NCBI GenBank assembly: GCA_010909165.1
Contig: VJWM01000260.1
Span: 62,001 to 126,000, forward strand
Length of the DNA stretch: 64,000 nucleotides
Source: Anthoceros angustus
Lineage: Eukaryota; Plantae; Anthocerotophyta
Direction: 5' to 3'
The position numbers and the translations under genes were made by a program. Positions 12,398-26,149 of this stretch are shown one piece after another (the first letter of the stretch is position 1; every line of letters begins with the position of its first letter). Below the pieces are notes generated by a model, which was not told the origin of the DNA, did not search any database, and saw nothing but the letters and a program-made list of their open reading frames with translations.

Positions 12398-14099
12398 GCA
12401 AGGCTCGCCGGGGAAGCAGCGTTGATGATGCGAGCACATGCTCTCGTCACGCTTCCTTCCCGTACACACGGCGTACCTGTACATGTAGAAGCTTCTTGCT
12501 CCCTTAGAAGGGATGTGGTGCTTTCATTTTTGCCTGGACGTCACTTCCCAGGGTACAGGAGGAGATACAAGAGAAGGCCACTCAGCTCTTCCAGCGGGGA
12601 CGTCATATCAGCTCATTCAAGGTCATCTGCGTGCTGCTGGTTTGGTGAAGCAGTCGAAGATGGTAGAGGTGAAAATGAGAAACATCCCCATTTTTGTCAG
12701 CAACTCCATATGATGGTCAGCATTTTTGGTAGAGAGCCTGGCCTAATTAGGCTAGCGGCCCTTGAGGGATGGCTAGGCCCGCCAGTGTTTTTGTTTAAAG
12801 GCCATTTTTGCACCGGTGGGCATGGACAACCATCTTACAATATGCGACAGCAGGTCCATTATTGGCGTAATCGACCATGGTGTACTCTACTGTGTACAAT
12901 GTGCAGTGCACTCTGCACATGGCTGCACTTCATCCCAAACTTGCCTCGCTGCTCTCTGGCACATTTGTGCAATTCGAACGAAGAACGCACCAGTCCAGTG
13001 CTCAGGCTAAACAATTTTTGCCTCTCAGGCACCGGAACCAGGTTACCAGCACGGCACTAAGCAGCTGTTTCTCGCAATGCACCCGCCGGCTGTGGTTGCC
13101 TCGGGTTCTTGCATCCTGGTACAGATCAAATAAGTTTGTGCAGAGCGTGAAGGCAATCACAAAGCAAAGGGAGCTGTGAATCCATGATGACACTGTATGA
13201 GAAGGATGCTCCTCCCGTCCAATCACAGAGCATGGCACAACCGCCGGAGGTACAAATCTCCGACCACATTGATTGGGAACTAGCGTCGCTCACACAAATA
13301 AATCCAGGTTGAGTGCTGGAAACAAGGTGGCCATTATTGCGCTACTCCTCGACTGATGGAAGAAACTCTTGGACTGTGTGCCGCACAGCTGCTTTAATAT
13401 GGTCTGTCACTTGGACTGCACTACAATCGAGTGTCGTACAGCCTATGAACGATGCTGTCGTGTTTGCTACCAGATGAGGATCCTGGAATTACTAGGCCGC
13501 TACTTACAGCACACATACGCACTGATATCATGCAGTTGATGCTTTCGACGAGAGTATCTCGGCATTTATCAAAGCATAGATGAGCTAAATCTCCCCCGCC
13601 TTGCGGAATCGCGGATCCCTTCCCACATTTTGCCGGCTGTGCTTTGCTGTGGGGTACCATGACTTAAGAACAGCGTGCCGCCACAACACTGAATGTACAT
13701 AGTACGAAGGCACATCTCGGGAGTACAATTTCGCGATGTGGGTTCCATTGAACGAGGACCTTCGCATAGCGATCTGCCCAATAATTCATGATTTCACTAC
13801 CGAGGTATGTACTACCTATGTACATCAGTAACGTGCCAGACCTTTGTTCCCAATCTCACTTTTCTCCTGTACTCACTATGAGAAGAGGAGGTGGTCACAC
13901 TCCACGTTATTGGCATTCCACTTCCCTTGCGCTGCGTTGAGATTTTTCAATTGCAAAGCCAGGCACCATCATGGGACAGCCGGGCATACGGATTATAATG
14001 GATACGTAGGTAGCGCACGTATCTTATTTTCCAAAATATGTTGGATACTAACAAGTTATATATAGTTATATATTAAGGGAATAATGGGTTTAAACTTGA

Positions 14100-16560
14100 G
14101 GTTAGGTTCAAAGGGTGTTCATGAGCGACATCACATCAGAGTCTTAATCTAGAAGAATATGGAGACTTTATAGATATGCTTAGATGGGACGTCCCATCTT
14201 CATCGAGGGAGTGGGGAAGAAACCACTAAAGGGCCCTAAGCCAAGAGGGACTAGCCCCTACCAATGTTTACCCTGAAACTACCTGTTACCCCCAAGATGT
14301 CGTAGTTTAGACTAAGAATGGACCTACTTCCCGCGGCAGCCAAAGATGTTGCATCTTCCGCATTTGAGGTTGTCTTGTAGATTGTGTTTGCCATTGCCCT
14401 CTATAGGGCAATGGAAAGATGTTGCCAAAAGAAAGCCACCACATAGGAAAGAGGAGACCTACCCCATTCTTACGGGTATGGTAGGCCTTAGCACAACCCT
14501 TGATAAACTTCAAAAACTCCTTGCCCATGGCCCCATGAGTCTCAAGAGCAAGAGGAATGAACACATGGCCTTCCTGCATGGGGGTGTACTTGTAGGCCTT
14601 AGCTGTAGCTCATCCCTCCGCTGCCTAGTTCGGAGTGTTGATGATGATATGCTCATTTACAGTATCCCGAGTAGGCTCTGTTAGCACCACATCTGCAATA
14701 GAGACCTGGTTCCCCTGGGTCAAAAATAGATCAGCCTTGGAAGAAACGTCATTGAGCAATATATATGGGCGCTCTCTGAAAGGAATGAATCCGCTCTCTT
14801 TGGCCATTGAGAACATGACATCTCAGACAGTGTCATGTATTGCATCTGTTGCACTGCCAGTTAGGCAATGAGAGAGGGTTCGCATCGTTGAGGGCCCCAG
14901 AGACATAAGAGAACGAGGCGGAGGTTGGATCAAACCTAGACAGAATCGCATCGCGGTAGAAAAAGAAGCCGGTACGATTTGGAAGGACTGGATGCAAGGT
15001 CGGGCAATAGCCCAGGAACCTGCTCCTTTTCCAGAGCAAGAGTGGAGACTAACTCTTGTATGTCGAGGAATGGAAGAATACAGAAGAAGAACATGATGTG
15101 CCTACCCAGACTGCTTCTCCTTAAGAGAGGCTTGAAGCCTCCTCTAACCATCCCCGAGGAACGAGGAAAAGGGAGGCATGATCTCCCAAGCCTGTGTGGA
15201 TAAGAGGCCCCTAGCCAGCCATAAGAACACTCGTTCAGAGAAGGTACCCCGAGCCATGCACGAAGCAAGAAGAAAGGATACCATATGCCACCTATGGGTC
15301 CCCTAATAAAGAGAGGTCGCTGATGTGAGCCAAATCCTCCTTCAGAGTAGCATCCACGTAATATTGAATAAAGTCTGAGGGCCCCACCGAGACCCTTAAA
15401 ATGCGGAATCCTTGCGAAAAAGCAATATCTCCTTCAGGATTTTGAAGAGAAGGCGTAACTCCTAGCGAGGACCAAATCTTGCACTTTGAAATCTTAACAT
15501 TCAAACCAAGGCGGGAGAGGTCTAGGGAGAAGATTTTGAAAGCTTCCTTGACCTTGTCCATGGCTGTATAATATGACTGTCCTCTGCCATTGATGGAAAG
15601 AGACATTCCGACATTGAGGAGGCCACTGTGGATAGAGCCCTGAAGTGCATCATAACAAAGAGGGCACCCCCAAAGGGATCCCCCTGCCTAGTGCCTGTCA
15701 CTGAGTCAAGCACAGAGACTCCATTCACTGAGGGACCATGCTGATAGTAAAGCTTAGACGGGGAACCATAAAAAGAATGAACAAAAGGTATAAGACTTGC
15801 CAACTACCTGCTCGCATCCTTCAACTCGTTGAAAATGGCCGCCCTGGAGATAGTGTTGAAGGCATTCTCTACATTGAGCTATAGGGCAATCCAGTCCGGA
15901 TGTGACTCGAGAACCGCTTCGACGCCGAAGGCCACCAACTCATAGCCTCTTGGAGTAACTATCCTATACTGATGGGGACTAAGATGAGCTTGGAACTACT
16001 GGGCTCTTGAGATGCACCTTCACGAGGTCTTGAGGAACCGCTAAGGTGCGCTCTTGAGATGTGCCTTCACAAGGTCTTGAGGAACCTGGTCCTGCTTCAT
16101 CGACTCTAAGCTAGATCTTGCTGCACACACATCCTCCTCTTACAGGGACTCCTAGTCCCTCGCCCTGAAGCACCGGAGAGGGGAGGCTACCTCCATGTGG
16201 CCCGAAGGACCACCCCTAGTGCGACGAGGACACCATCGAGGAAGAAAGAGAAACAAAGTCCAAACCGCCTCATACCCGGAGTCTTAGGCGAGGCGCTCCG
16301 AGGGAAGCCAATAGGCAAGGCGGATGTCATCATGTAGTTGCTGTGGGAGATGTAAAAAAAGACAAGGTCTTGGAACACATCTCGTACAGAGCCCGAGAGT
16401 GATTGGACTATGCCCGCAACCACTGCCAAGACTCCGATGGAAGTCAATGGGAGCAGCCTAACGCGGAGTCAAGGGGATAGCAGAATTGGATGATGCAAGC
16501 CTGACCTTTGCCTCCCAAGTAGTCCTGTCAAAAACCTTGTGAACCTTGCACATGCAATTC
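14100..16560 (-). mobile_element. Decayed CRE-like non-LTR retrotransposon (RT plus restriction-like endonuclease)
   Basis: Motifs in order on the minus strand: SALPIGFPRSAS; GVEAVLESHPDWIAL*LNVENAFNTISRAAIF (RT); GTRQGDPFGGALF...MAED (QGDP and degenerate YxDD); LPLKRSSLG; RDAILSRF...HDTV*DVMFSMAKESGF; ADLFLTQGNQVSIADVVLTEP; FIPLALETHGAMGKEFLKFI (RLE domain). Many stops and frameshifts; ends are approximate. Confidence 0.8.
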
Positions 16561-17686
16561 CTCATCTCCTAGGGCTTAAAGAATTACCCACACACGAGAC
16601 AAGGAGTGTCTCTCACAAAAGTGGAGGAAGGGGCAACATGATAATTTTTGAAGGGGGTGAATAATCTCGAAGGGGGTTTTCCGCAAATAATCTATGAAGG
16701 GGGTTTTTGATGGGCCCTAAAACAGCGTTTTGAAGGCATTGCGAAAAACAGCTCCGAAAAAAAGGGTGTCACCCAGTAAAGTTACTACTTTCCATCCAGC
16801 AATGTTTGTGTCGAATGGTGGTCACAAACTCGAACCTACGGGAATAATGCAAAGTAGGAACGGTGAGGAAGGCCGTTCACACTGCCGGGTAAACTTCGAT
16901 TTTGGGAGGAAAATGTGGTTTTGTTATGACACCACAAAAACCAGACGAGGTATTTCCTAACACGTGTATGACAACGGACTTACAACATTAACTCACGGGA
17001 CCCCGGGAAAAAGCAGATTTTGATTTCACTCATTCCCGAGTTCAATCCTTAAAATCATCACTTGGTCGACTTCTCCTCCATTGTCATCATTATCTTGATG
17101 CACTTTGACTCGCGGGTTGTACACTACTAGGAACCAAGTGGGTATGTCACGTTTTTTTGTAACATATATATGTCCTATTGTTACATTATAATGTCCATTA
17201 TAGCAGTTACGGTTCGGTCCCCGAGCCGAAATCGTTACAATTAAATTGTTAGAAGGCGATTCGTTGTAGCGTTTGGTTGAGCGAGGTTGGGCCTCGGGTT
17301 GGTGGCCAGGCGTCTGTGGATGCCCCTTATGGATGCCCCTTTATGCCGCCACTTATTTTTACCACATTACACACGTATTTATCGTGAAAACATATTGACG
17401 TATTTGAATGTATGGGGATTGTATGTACGGCGATGGTGTGTATTGTTCTCGTATTTGGCATACAACATGTAGAATAAAAGCATTAATTCGAGCATTTGTA
17501 AATCGTTGTATCATGTTTTATATAGCGGAGGCCCATGCACCATAAGCCATATGCATATGGCTATCTAATCGTACTCACGGGTATTTGACGGCTTTGTCGC
17601 TCGGGATGCGTTTGCGGCCTTTGGCCTTTTCCGCTCGCGACCTTCTACACACAGTCGGTGCCTTGCGTTTCGCTCGGCCGTCTTTC

Positions 17687-19075
17687 TCAGGTGCATGATC
17701 CCCGGCTTTGCGAAGGAGGGTTCTCCCCTGCATACAGACACCAAACACTGACGATGATGCAGCATACCGAAACAAGAAAGTGACCAATACTGAACACCAA
17801 TCTTACACAAGAAACCGATGACCCGCTTGCTTTTCCCCCGCACGTCTTTCCTTTCAGGGAAGCTGCCCTGGCCCTTGTTACTCGCACTTCCATATGTGGG
17901 GCCACCCCTTTCGTCGAAGCAGAATTTCCCTTCCCCTTGCGGTTTTGGGTCGTCACTGACCTCGGTTCTTCCTGGAATTGTGCACTGTCAGCGTCCGAAT
18001 CACTCCCATCATCAACTGACCTGCCTCCATCTCCTGTGCCGTCTTCCGCATGACCCTCCTCTTCCTCAGTCTCGGCTTCCCCTGCGTTCTCATCCTCCTC
18101 GTCCTCTTCCCCATTGTCCTCTTCCTCATCCTCTTCTTCCCCTTCTCTTTCCCCTTCTTGCCCATCTTCCCCCTCGGCATCCCCATTCTCGTCATCGGCA
18201 TTGTCGTCCTCAGAGCGTACTTCGTCACTTGACATATGGTCCTCAAACACACCATTACCTCCTTCTTGATCCTCCTCCCCGCTATCATCGTCATCTTCGT
18301 CCGCCACATGTTCCCGCCGGTCCGATCTCGTATATCCTGTCGATGTTTGAGGGTCATATTTCCTTCCTTCCTCCTTCTTAGCTCACGCGCGAGAAATCCT
18401 TCCACCCTCCGACCACCTGCCTACAGTTCGGTTATGTTTTTCATAGGACGGAGAGCCCCAAATTCAAGCTCCTCGATCGTTGGATCCCTCCCATGCTTTT
18501 TGGAACTTGTAGATCCATCCCTTCTTCCCCAACGCCATCTTGGTTAGGCCCCTCGCCATCCGCCTTCAGGAGTCTTGCCTTTGCAGCTAGTTGAGCTTTG
18601 GAGGGCAAAAGTTGCCATGTTGTCGAAGTTCAACCCGTGCCCATGTAAGCACCTCTTGCCATACCTTGTCATCCGCCATGGGTGGCTTGAATTTTGAGGA
18701 CCTGTTTCCCCGCACCTGTTTTTCCTCTAAGGCACAAGCCTTGGCTGCGTCTACATACCGTTGGTTCCGACTCCTTGTATGTTGGCTAAAAAAATGGGCA
18801 GCCTGCCCCTTCACTGTCAAGTCCGGAAACTGTGCCAGCACATCTTCGCATAATGTCTTCCTCCTCGACTTTGACAATTCGCTCCACCTACCTGGTATCT
18901 CGTTGGTAGCCTTTGTCCGAATGAGTTCCAAGAATTCCTTGTGTCTTGGAGCTGTCAAGCCCCCGAATAGCAACTCATTCACCTTGCCAACGCCTCCTGC
19001 CCCTCCTTCCACTTCCTCATCCCGGGAGGTTCGCGTTGCCACGGGTGCCATGGGCTGGGCCAGCCTCGAACCCAC
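17687..19075 (-). pseudogene. CACTA second ORF (TnpA-like accessory protein) with acidic C-terminal tract, fragmented
   Basis: ORF 18587-19075 (EFLELIRTKATNEIPGRWSELSKSRRKTLCEDVLAQF...WQEVLTW) and the D/E-rich ORF 17687-18307 lie downstream of the transposase in the same orientation, the usual position of CACTA ORF2. Confidence 0.5.
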
Positions 19076-21979
19076 AACATTCCATGTTTTCTCACCAAAC
19101 CAGCATGCGTGTTGTCCATGTGGTCAACAAGCGAAGGTGGCCCATTTCTGTGATGTAGCCCGATTGCCCACCAGCCACAACAAAGCTCCGACCCCAAGCA
19201 TTATGCAATGCGGCCGACGGTCAAGCGGGAGGTCGGATCGCGCATTTCCTTGACCTCCTGCGAATCGCGCCCGTCGGGTGGGTATAGGGTGAGTGTTGCG
19301 GTGGCAAACTTCCGCCGTCTTCGCCTCCGGATGACCAGTTGCATTGCCATTTGCCCCGATAGTCCGCTCGAAATCGGGTACCTGCGAGCCGCCGGCATCG
19401 GTTGTCATGGGCTTCCTGGATCGGACACTCGCTTGGAATGAGACGGATCGCGTGGTCTTACCGTGTCGGCGGTGTAGAACTCCATGGTGATCGGTGTATC
19501 CCCCCCCACTCGCGTGCAAGTCGGTGTGCGGAGATGGGAGGTTGAATTCCTCAACGCCGCCACCTGCCATGTTCACAGCCATTCGCCTCATGTTGCCGAC
19601 CACCTTTACTGACTTAGTGCGCCAACCATGTGGCTTACCGCCTAATTGGGTCGTATGGAAGGCGTCGGGTTGCGACGACGGACCATCCGGTTACCTTTGG
19701 GTGGTTTCTTCGCCACGTTGTTGAAATGACTTGCACCGGGGAAAATTGGTCCATGGTAGGAGCCATCCAAGATGTCCCGTCGGTGGTGCGGAGATCTGCC
19801 GATAAGATTTGAGCGGTTGTGATGGCTTGTGATAAATGTTCGCCTTTCAAATGACCTGCACAAAACCCCATGCACCGCTCGCATGCGGGTAGCGGCGGTG
19901 GTGCGGAGATGCCGATAAGATTTGAGCGGTGATGGCTTGTGATAAATGTTCGCCTTTCAAATGACCGACAAAACCCCATGCACCCGCTCGCATGCGCGTA
20001 TGAGTGGTCAAGGACACGCATTTTGCGGTGGCGTGCATGTCTTGTTACACTTCAAGTAATCTCTTGTTATGGCATAACGGGTGCCGTCATTCTGACCACG
20101 TTCTGATTTCCATTGAGGGACATTCGAAATCTCTATTTTAGTTTCATTCCTATAGCGAAATTCACACAACTCATATAACATATACTTTGCGAGGCAAGTG
20201 CCTTCCCACGAATCGTGTCAAAGCAAAAAGGTCACCCAACTCGCAAGCTAAGCATGGTTGCAGTCATCGCCAAGCACCCACAACAAATCTACAATCTGCA
20301 AAGCAACTTCCTGTTCCAAATTGGATCCAATTCTCAGGCATGTATGGACAATTCTTTTCTTGCTAGCCTCAAAGCTCCTAGTCACTGTTGTTTCTTCAAC
20401 CCGTGTGCATGACGAGGCGTGTCTCGATTCCGTGAGGCGGCTCAAAACCCTAGCATCCCACAATCCGAGATCGCCAATGTCGCCTCTCGCCATATATGAA
20501 TACATTCGGACTCCATTTCACCCCCGAATCCCAGGCTTGGTTATTCCCATTCGCATATGGCGGTGGTTGGCAACTCCAAAGACATCCAGACAATTGTCTT
20601 GCCTCCACCGCAGGCCGCAAGTAGGTGGTTGGCGTCTTCATGCCCCAACCGTTGGCGCCCAAACGCTGAGCGTCGACGGTCCTTCACCCGGCTTCGCCGC
20701 CGCTTTCACTCTGTCGATTGAACCCTCATGGAGGACACGCCTTTGTTCCGCTCGGGTCATTGCGCAAAGCTCTGGAGGGTCGTTTGCCGCTCGTGGAGCC
20801 ATGTATGGATTGGAGGCGTGGTCTTGCACATACGCGATGATGATGAAGTCGATGCCCCAAGAACATGCGTGGTGTCACATTCCTTTCGCGGGCGGCGTGC
20901 CTCGACAACTTTGAGGCGTGCCAAGCATCATGACGACTCAGTGCACGCGAATGCGGTTGTCCTGACATTCAATATGTCATTCATCTGCCCATTTACCAGC
21001 CCATATATATAGCATGACATATATAGGCAGCGAACCCATGAACCAAGGAACTTCCTCTCATGCCATCACCATGTCCCCACGACATGGTTTGTGCAAAATA
21101 CCATGGTCCAAGGAACAAGGTACATACACAAATGCATAATTTCCGCCCTATGTATCGAGTATCATGACATCCCCATGTTCCAAGGAGCATGGTATGAGCG
21201 GAAATATCATGGTTCGATGACATGGTATCTTGTTGGGAAAAGACCATGTTCCAAGGACACCGCCTCTCCTCAAACATGGTATATAGCATTGTATGAGGAA
21301 CATTAAAATGGAAAGCCGCGTTCTCTCAACGAGGCCATGAGGCGGCGAATATTTCCATGCACGCTTCACACTTGTCCAGACGGTAGCGCCAGCCAATGAG
21401 TCCGTCCTCGTCATGCGCACCTGTCATAATTGCAGCCTTTCTCGGATATAAGGCTTCCATTTCTGCCTCCTCCCTCCCACCCTTTGCCCTCTGGTTTCTG
21501 CATTGAAGACTCCGGTCGGTCAGATTCTGCTGCCTTGGATTTCGCGAGCGCCTTTCATTCAATTGTCGGCCATATTGTCTTTGCGGGCTGCTGATGCTGT
21601 TCTTCGTATCTTATGGTTTGGGCGGCTTTGTAGGTGTGCGGAGTGTAATGGGCATGGCGGCAGGCCCGGATGGAGGCAACGGATACAGCCAATTTCTTGC
21701 CGAGGTGGAGGGCACCATACGCCAAACGTGGGCGGACGCATGGGCACGCCACTTCCACCACGGCGCCCCAACTTGCGATGAAGGCGGCGATGGCTTGCAA
21801 CTTTGCGGTGGGAGGTTTTGGATGCGGGCGTGTCTTTGGAGGTGGGTCATTGTTGCTAGATATTACACATTGGATGGACTGGTGCGGATCTCCCCATTGC
21901 GGAATGGTTTGGAGAAGAGCGGCGGACATGGTGGGTCCTATACTCGGTCCGAGAGCGTTGCGGCGATAACACGCCTTAG

Positions 21980-24950
21980 AGCGGTGAGTGTGTCCCAATG
22001 TCGCGCCATAACTTGACCGCGCCTAAGGTTGCCTTTTTTGTATATGGAAACCCATGTTCATACGTATGTTCCAACTCAAGTCGCATAAGAAGAAAATTCT
22101 ATGAAGCCCCGAGTCATTATTCGACTCGCTCTCCCTCCTGCAGCGCGCACCGCTAAAGCCCTCTATTCTCCGCTGTGCCCATGGAATATGCATTGTGTAA
22201 CTTGATGTGGCCATATGAAAATGTCAACTCCATCGCAACATATGTGCGGTGCCTTTGAACACGAGATCAAATCCACCGTAAGTTTCGCGAATGGATTGGG
22301 ATCTCCCACTTGGATTACACTCAAACCACTTGACCTTAAGGACCATTGGCTCGAATCCGCGCAAACCGTGACTCGAATTATTTCCGCTACATTGCCATAG
22401 TATGTCCGCTGTACACCGTCTCCCATTACATACTTTGTACAAACTCCGCTGTCCTGAGTGGCGCGACGGTCTTTGTCTGCTGCAAAAGTGCGTGGTGGCT
22501 ACCATTGCTCCACATGTGCCTATAAGTAGTCGCGGAAGGCCCATCCATTATGGCGCAACATCGCGATCATAAGATGACTCCCACCTTCCGTAATCCACCG
22601 GCATGAACCCACGCGGAAAGATTTTTGTCTTCGCCAGCATCAACATCCATGACCTCTTCGTTGTAAAGTTGTAGGAAGGGGTCAAGAACCATCGTGTGTC
22701 TCAACACAAAATTGTGGACCTGGTGGAGCTCCGACGTGGTGAACTTGTATGGCTTGCCCATTCCTAACGGTTCACCGTCGCGGTCGTGCTCATCTTTCTC
22801 ACCGTAAATATGGGCTGTTTGCGGATGATGTCACCGAAGGTAAGCCTTTGCAAACATGACAGCCTCCTCTCGAACATACCCCTCTGCCATGCTTCCCTCG
22901 GTTTCTTTGCGTTGTCGGATGTCTTCCTTCCTCCTTCCTAGATATCTTTCAACCGGATACATCCATCTGACATGAACAGGGCCAAGAAGTGCGACCTCAT
23001 CCACGAGGTGAATAATGAGGTGGGTGGAAATATCAAACAATTTCGGTGGGAATTCCCTTTCCAAGTCACACATGACTTTGATGCACTCTGCTTGCATTCT
23101 TCCCACCTCATGCCCTGGGATTCTCCGCTGGCATATCCACCGATAAAGTTTGCTCAACCCGGCCACCGCCTTGTAAACCTCTGGTTTAATTCTTCCCCTT
23201 AAAACAATTGGGAAGTATATTTCCATTAGTACATGCCAATCGTGTGCTTTTAAACTCCCACTTTGCAAGCTAGCTTTTTGCGATGTTAGAAGCATATCCG
23301 GTGGGTAGTTTGATTGCTTGCATTTCCTTCATAACCTTCTCCAAGTCCGAGACGATAACACATACGTCGCCGGAGTATATTGGTCCCTATTGGCTCCACG
23401 AGGCCACAAGTCGTGCTTCCCACCGTATTCTTCCATGTCAACCGGGATTTCAAGTCATCCTTTTCTCCTGTTAGAGTGTGCCGGATAGTCTCCGCATTGT
23501 TTCTTTCAACGTGCATCACATCCTTCTGCCCGCGGCATATCCCTCCAATATGGTAAATATTTGAACCACGACAAGCGACGGGTGCGAACAACCCTCGCTC
23601 CCTCAACTCCTCGATGTTGCTTTCTCCCTATGTTCCATGTCGGAGATGACCGTGGCATAAGTTGGTGCGTGTGGCCGTGAGCGCCTTTCCACTTCGCCAT
23701 TGTACATATGCGAATGAAGGCGCGATGGGGTGGTTGGGTGGCAGCCATCGGTACCCAGATATACCTCCTTTGAAGGTTCTTCGCCCATCGGGATCCTAAT
23801 GCATCCCAACATTCCATACATGCGACCCTTTCACGAAACCCGACAATGTTCCAAGCCCAATCTATCGTGTGCAAAATAGCGCAATCGGAATTTCACTGGC
23901 TGCCTTCCGGAGAAGTCTTCCATTGGTATCCCAGTCCAAAGGTCACTCAACTCCTGCAATAGTGGCTCCATGTAGACATCGAAATCGAATTCGGGACAAT
24001 GTGGGGCCCTGGCACTATAATTGGCATTATGATATTGACAGACTTCGTACTCAACCATGGTGGCAGGTTGTGCACAACCAGCAACACAGGCCAAATGGAA
24101 TGGGATGTAGACTTATGCCCAAAAGGATTAAACCCATCGGTGGCCAGAGCAAAACGAATATTTCGCGGTTCCAAGCCAAAACCGTCCAACCCATCCAGAA
24201 CAGCCCATGCACGTGTATCGGCCATGATGCCCATGGAACCATCCACGCTCCGCATTGTCACGTCTGAAGTCATGGCGCGTCTGGCGTCAAAACATACGAG
24301 TCACCCTAGACTTGAGGGAAAATGCGGAGGACTTTTCGGGTACTCTCCTAGTACCATTGGTAGACCCGTGCAGACACATATCGGCGATGCACATTTCGCA
24401 AATTTCGTGGAAGCATATGGTCCACGGAAAAGCAAGCATCATTAACACAGTGAATCTTTTCGACCTTGGGCCCAAACATATATAGGGTTTTCTTTGCCTC
24501 CGCCATGGACCGTGGCGTGAGTTTTCCGATGGCGCAAGTGACGATAGCCTCCAATATAGTCATGGCAACATCGGATATACCGAACTTGGATTGGATTGAT
24601 AGGAGCGAAGTGTCGCGGTGAGAGAAGTTTACGTGAATGCGCAATGTTTGCAACTGAACAATGGTGTTTCCGCGCAATTTGGCTCTCTTTGTGTCATCAT
24701 GGGCACTTGTTGGGGATCCCAACCGCCATCTTGTCATCGATGTCCACATCATCCACCATGTGCCCGCCCGACATCGAGCGTTCTCGTTCTCCTCGAATGC
24801 GGTGGGTGGGCATAAATTAATACATCGTTCGTATTGATGTCGCCGAGTGGAGGAGACATGTGTTGCTCATCGATGGATTCAAACCGCACCTTATAGCGAT
24901 CGGAATGACGGCATGCCCACGTCTCATCCTCGTGAATGGGCGAGGGGGGC
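21980..24950 (-). pseudogene. CACTA TnpD/Tnp2-type transposase (Transposase_21, DUF4218, DUF4216 regions), frameshifted in this sequence
   Basis: LLSIQSKFGISD...SMAEAKKTL...KVEKIHCVNDAC; EPRNIRFALATDGFNPFGHKSTSHSIWPVLLVVHNLPPW; LKAHDWHVLMEIYFPIVLRG...FDISTHLIIHLVDEVALLGPVHVRWMYPVERYLG; YYGNVAEII. The pieces fall in several frames. Confidence 0.92.
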
Positions 24951-26149
24951 CGCAAATTCCTACGCATTGAAAGCCGAAAAATAAATGAGATGCATAACCT
25001 TAAACAAGTCACGTAATCAAGTAGGAGAACATGCTTGCATATTCCACGGCACTCACGCTTCACGATACCAACGCGGATAGTTTCCTCACAATGTTCGTGA
25101 AATGTGTGCGGGATGGGTGTTGCTATGTTACGGCTGAGCATGGACATAGCATGCGTCGTCAAGTCCGGATTCCGTATACGCGGCATTGCAACCTGATGGT
25201 TCAAACTCAAAATACCCCACCCCGGCCTGAAGAATGTTAACTGCGTGCCGTGTCGTCCATAGAAAGCTGCATTGGAGGGCACCGCTCACTTTCTCCGGAC
25301 GACATGCCGGGTATCAGGCTCGTTGATGAGAAGGATGGGACGCCAACAACGCACTCTGCTTCTCCACATTCGTATTCTCATGGGCGGCATCTATCTGTCA
25401 CACAAAATGTGGATGTTCACAATAGCGACTTCAAATGCCGAGTGGGCCGCCACGACTCTCTCACATACCACGCACCCACGCTTTCCGGTCGATGCCAACC
25501 AGCAACAGGCGAACCTTGTTATATTGTCGATGGACAGCTAACATTGGATGGCATCACTGTCGGGCTTGAGGAGATGGCTGCATTACCACACGCCAATGCC
25601 CCGTGGTACGATGCATTGGTAGACTAGCATTTGCCAACACCAGGTACAGTCGGCGCTCGATTCTTTCCGTTGCATCCATCGGAAGGCTATCGCCGCAACA
25701 ACGTCCAGAGTTCTCCTCATATGCGTGAAGATGTATGCACAGACCGAGAAGAGTTTTCCACAAACCGAAGACATGGAGCTCCCAACAGCACCCAGCACAC
25801 GGTCACAATGTGGCGGAGAAGGTCGCAACCTCCATTTGAAGACGAAGCATTCAAGCTAAATGCGACGATTGCAAGCCTGCACTAGCCGTTTGCGAAGACG
25901 CGTTGCAAGTGGCGGATCTTATCCTAGGTGTTTATTTCTGAGGGCACGCAAGCAAACATGCCATGACGACCGACAACAAGTGCACGATGGCGGAATCGCG
26001 CAGGATGTCCGTGTGGAGTTTTGTAGCACTTCCACAAAGGTGTGTGTAAGCGAAGTTGTTGAATTGAAGTAAAGATGGAAAGCATTGCCTTCCCAAAGTT
26101 CACCAAGATTAAAGCGTGTTTGTCACTCGAGGTTGACTCCCATTCTATT

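Noticed and set aside
12400-14050. Possible decayed PIF/Harbinger transposase facing the Myb/SANT trihelix gene (minus-strand NGTHIA, SINC...GSKHDS, NHSRRVHCE...WFRCL)
   Set aside because: Motif spacing and intervening residues fit poorly, there is no GDxGY motif and no TIR/TSD, and plus-strand exon-like readings are equally plausible. The trihelix looks like an ordinary SH4-clade host gene.
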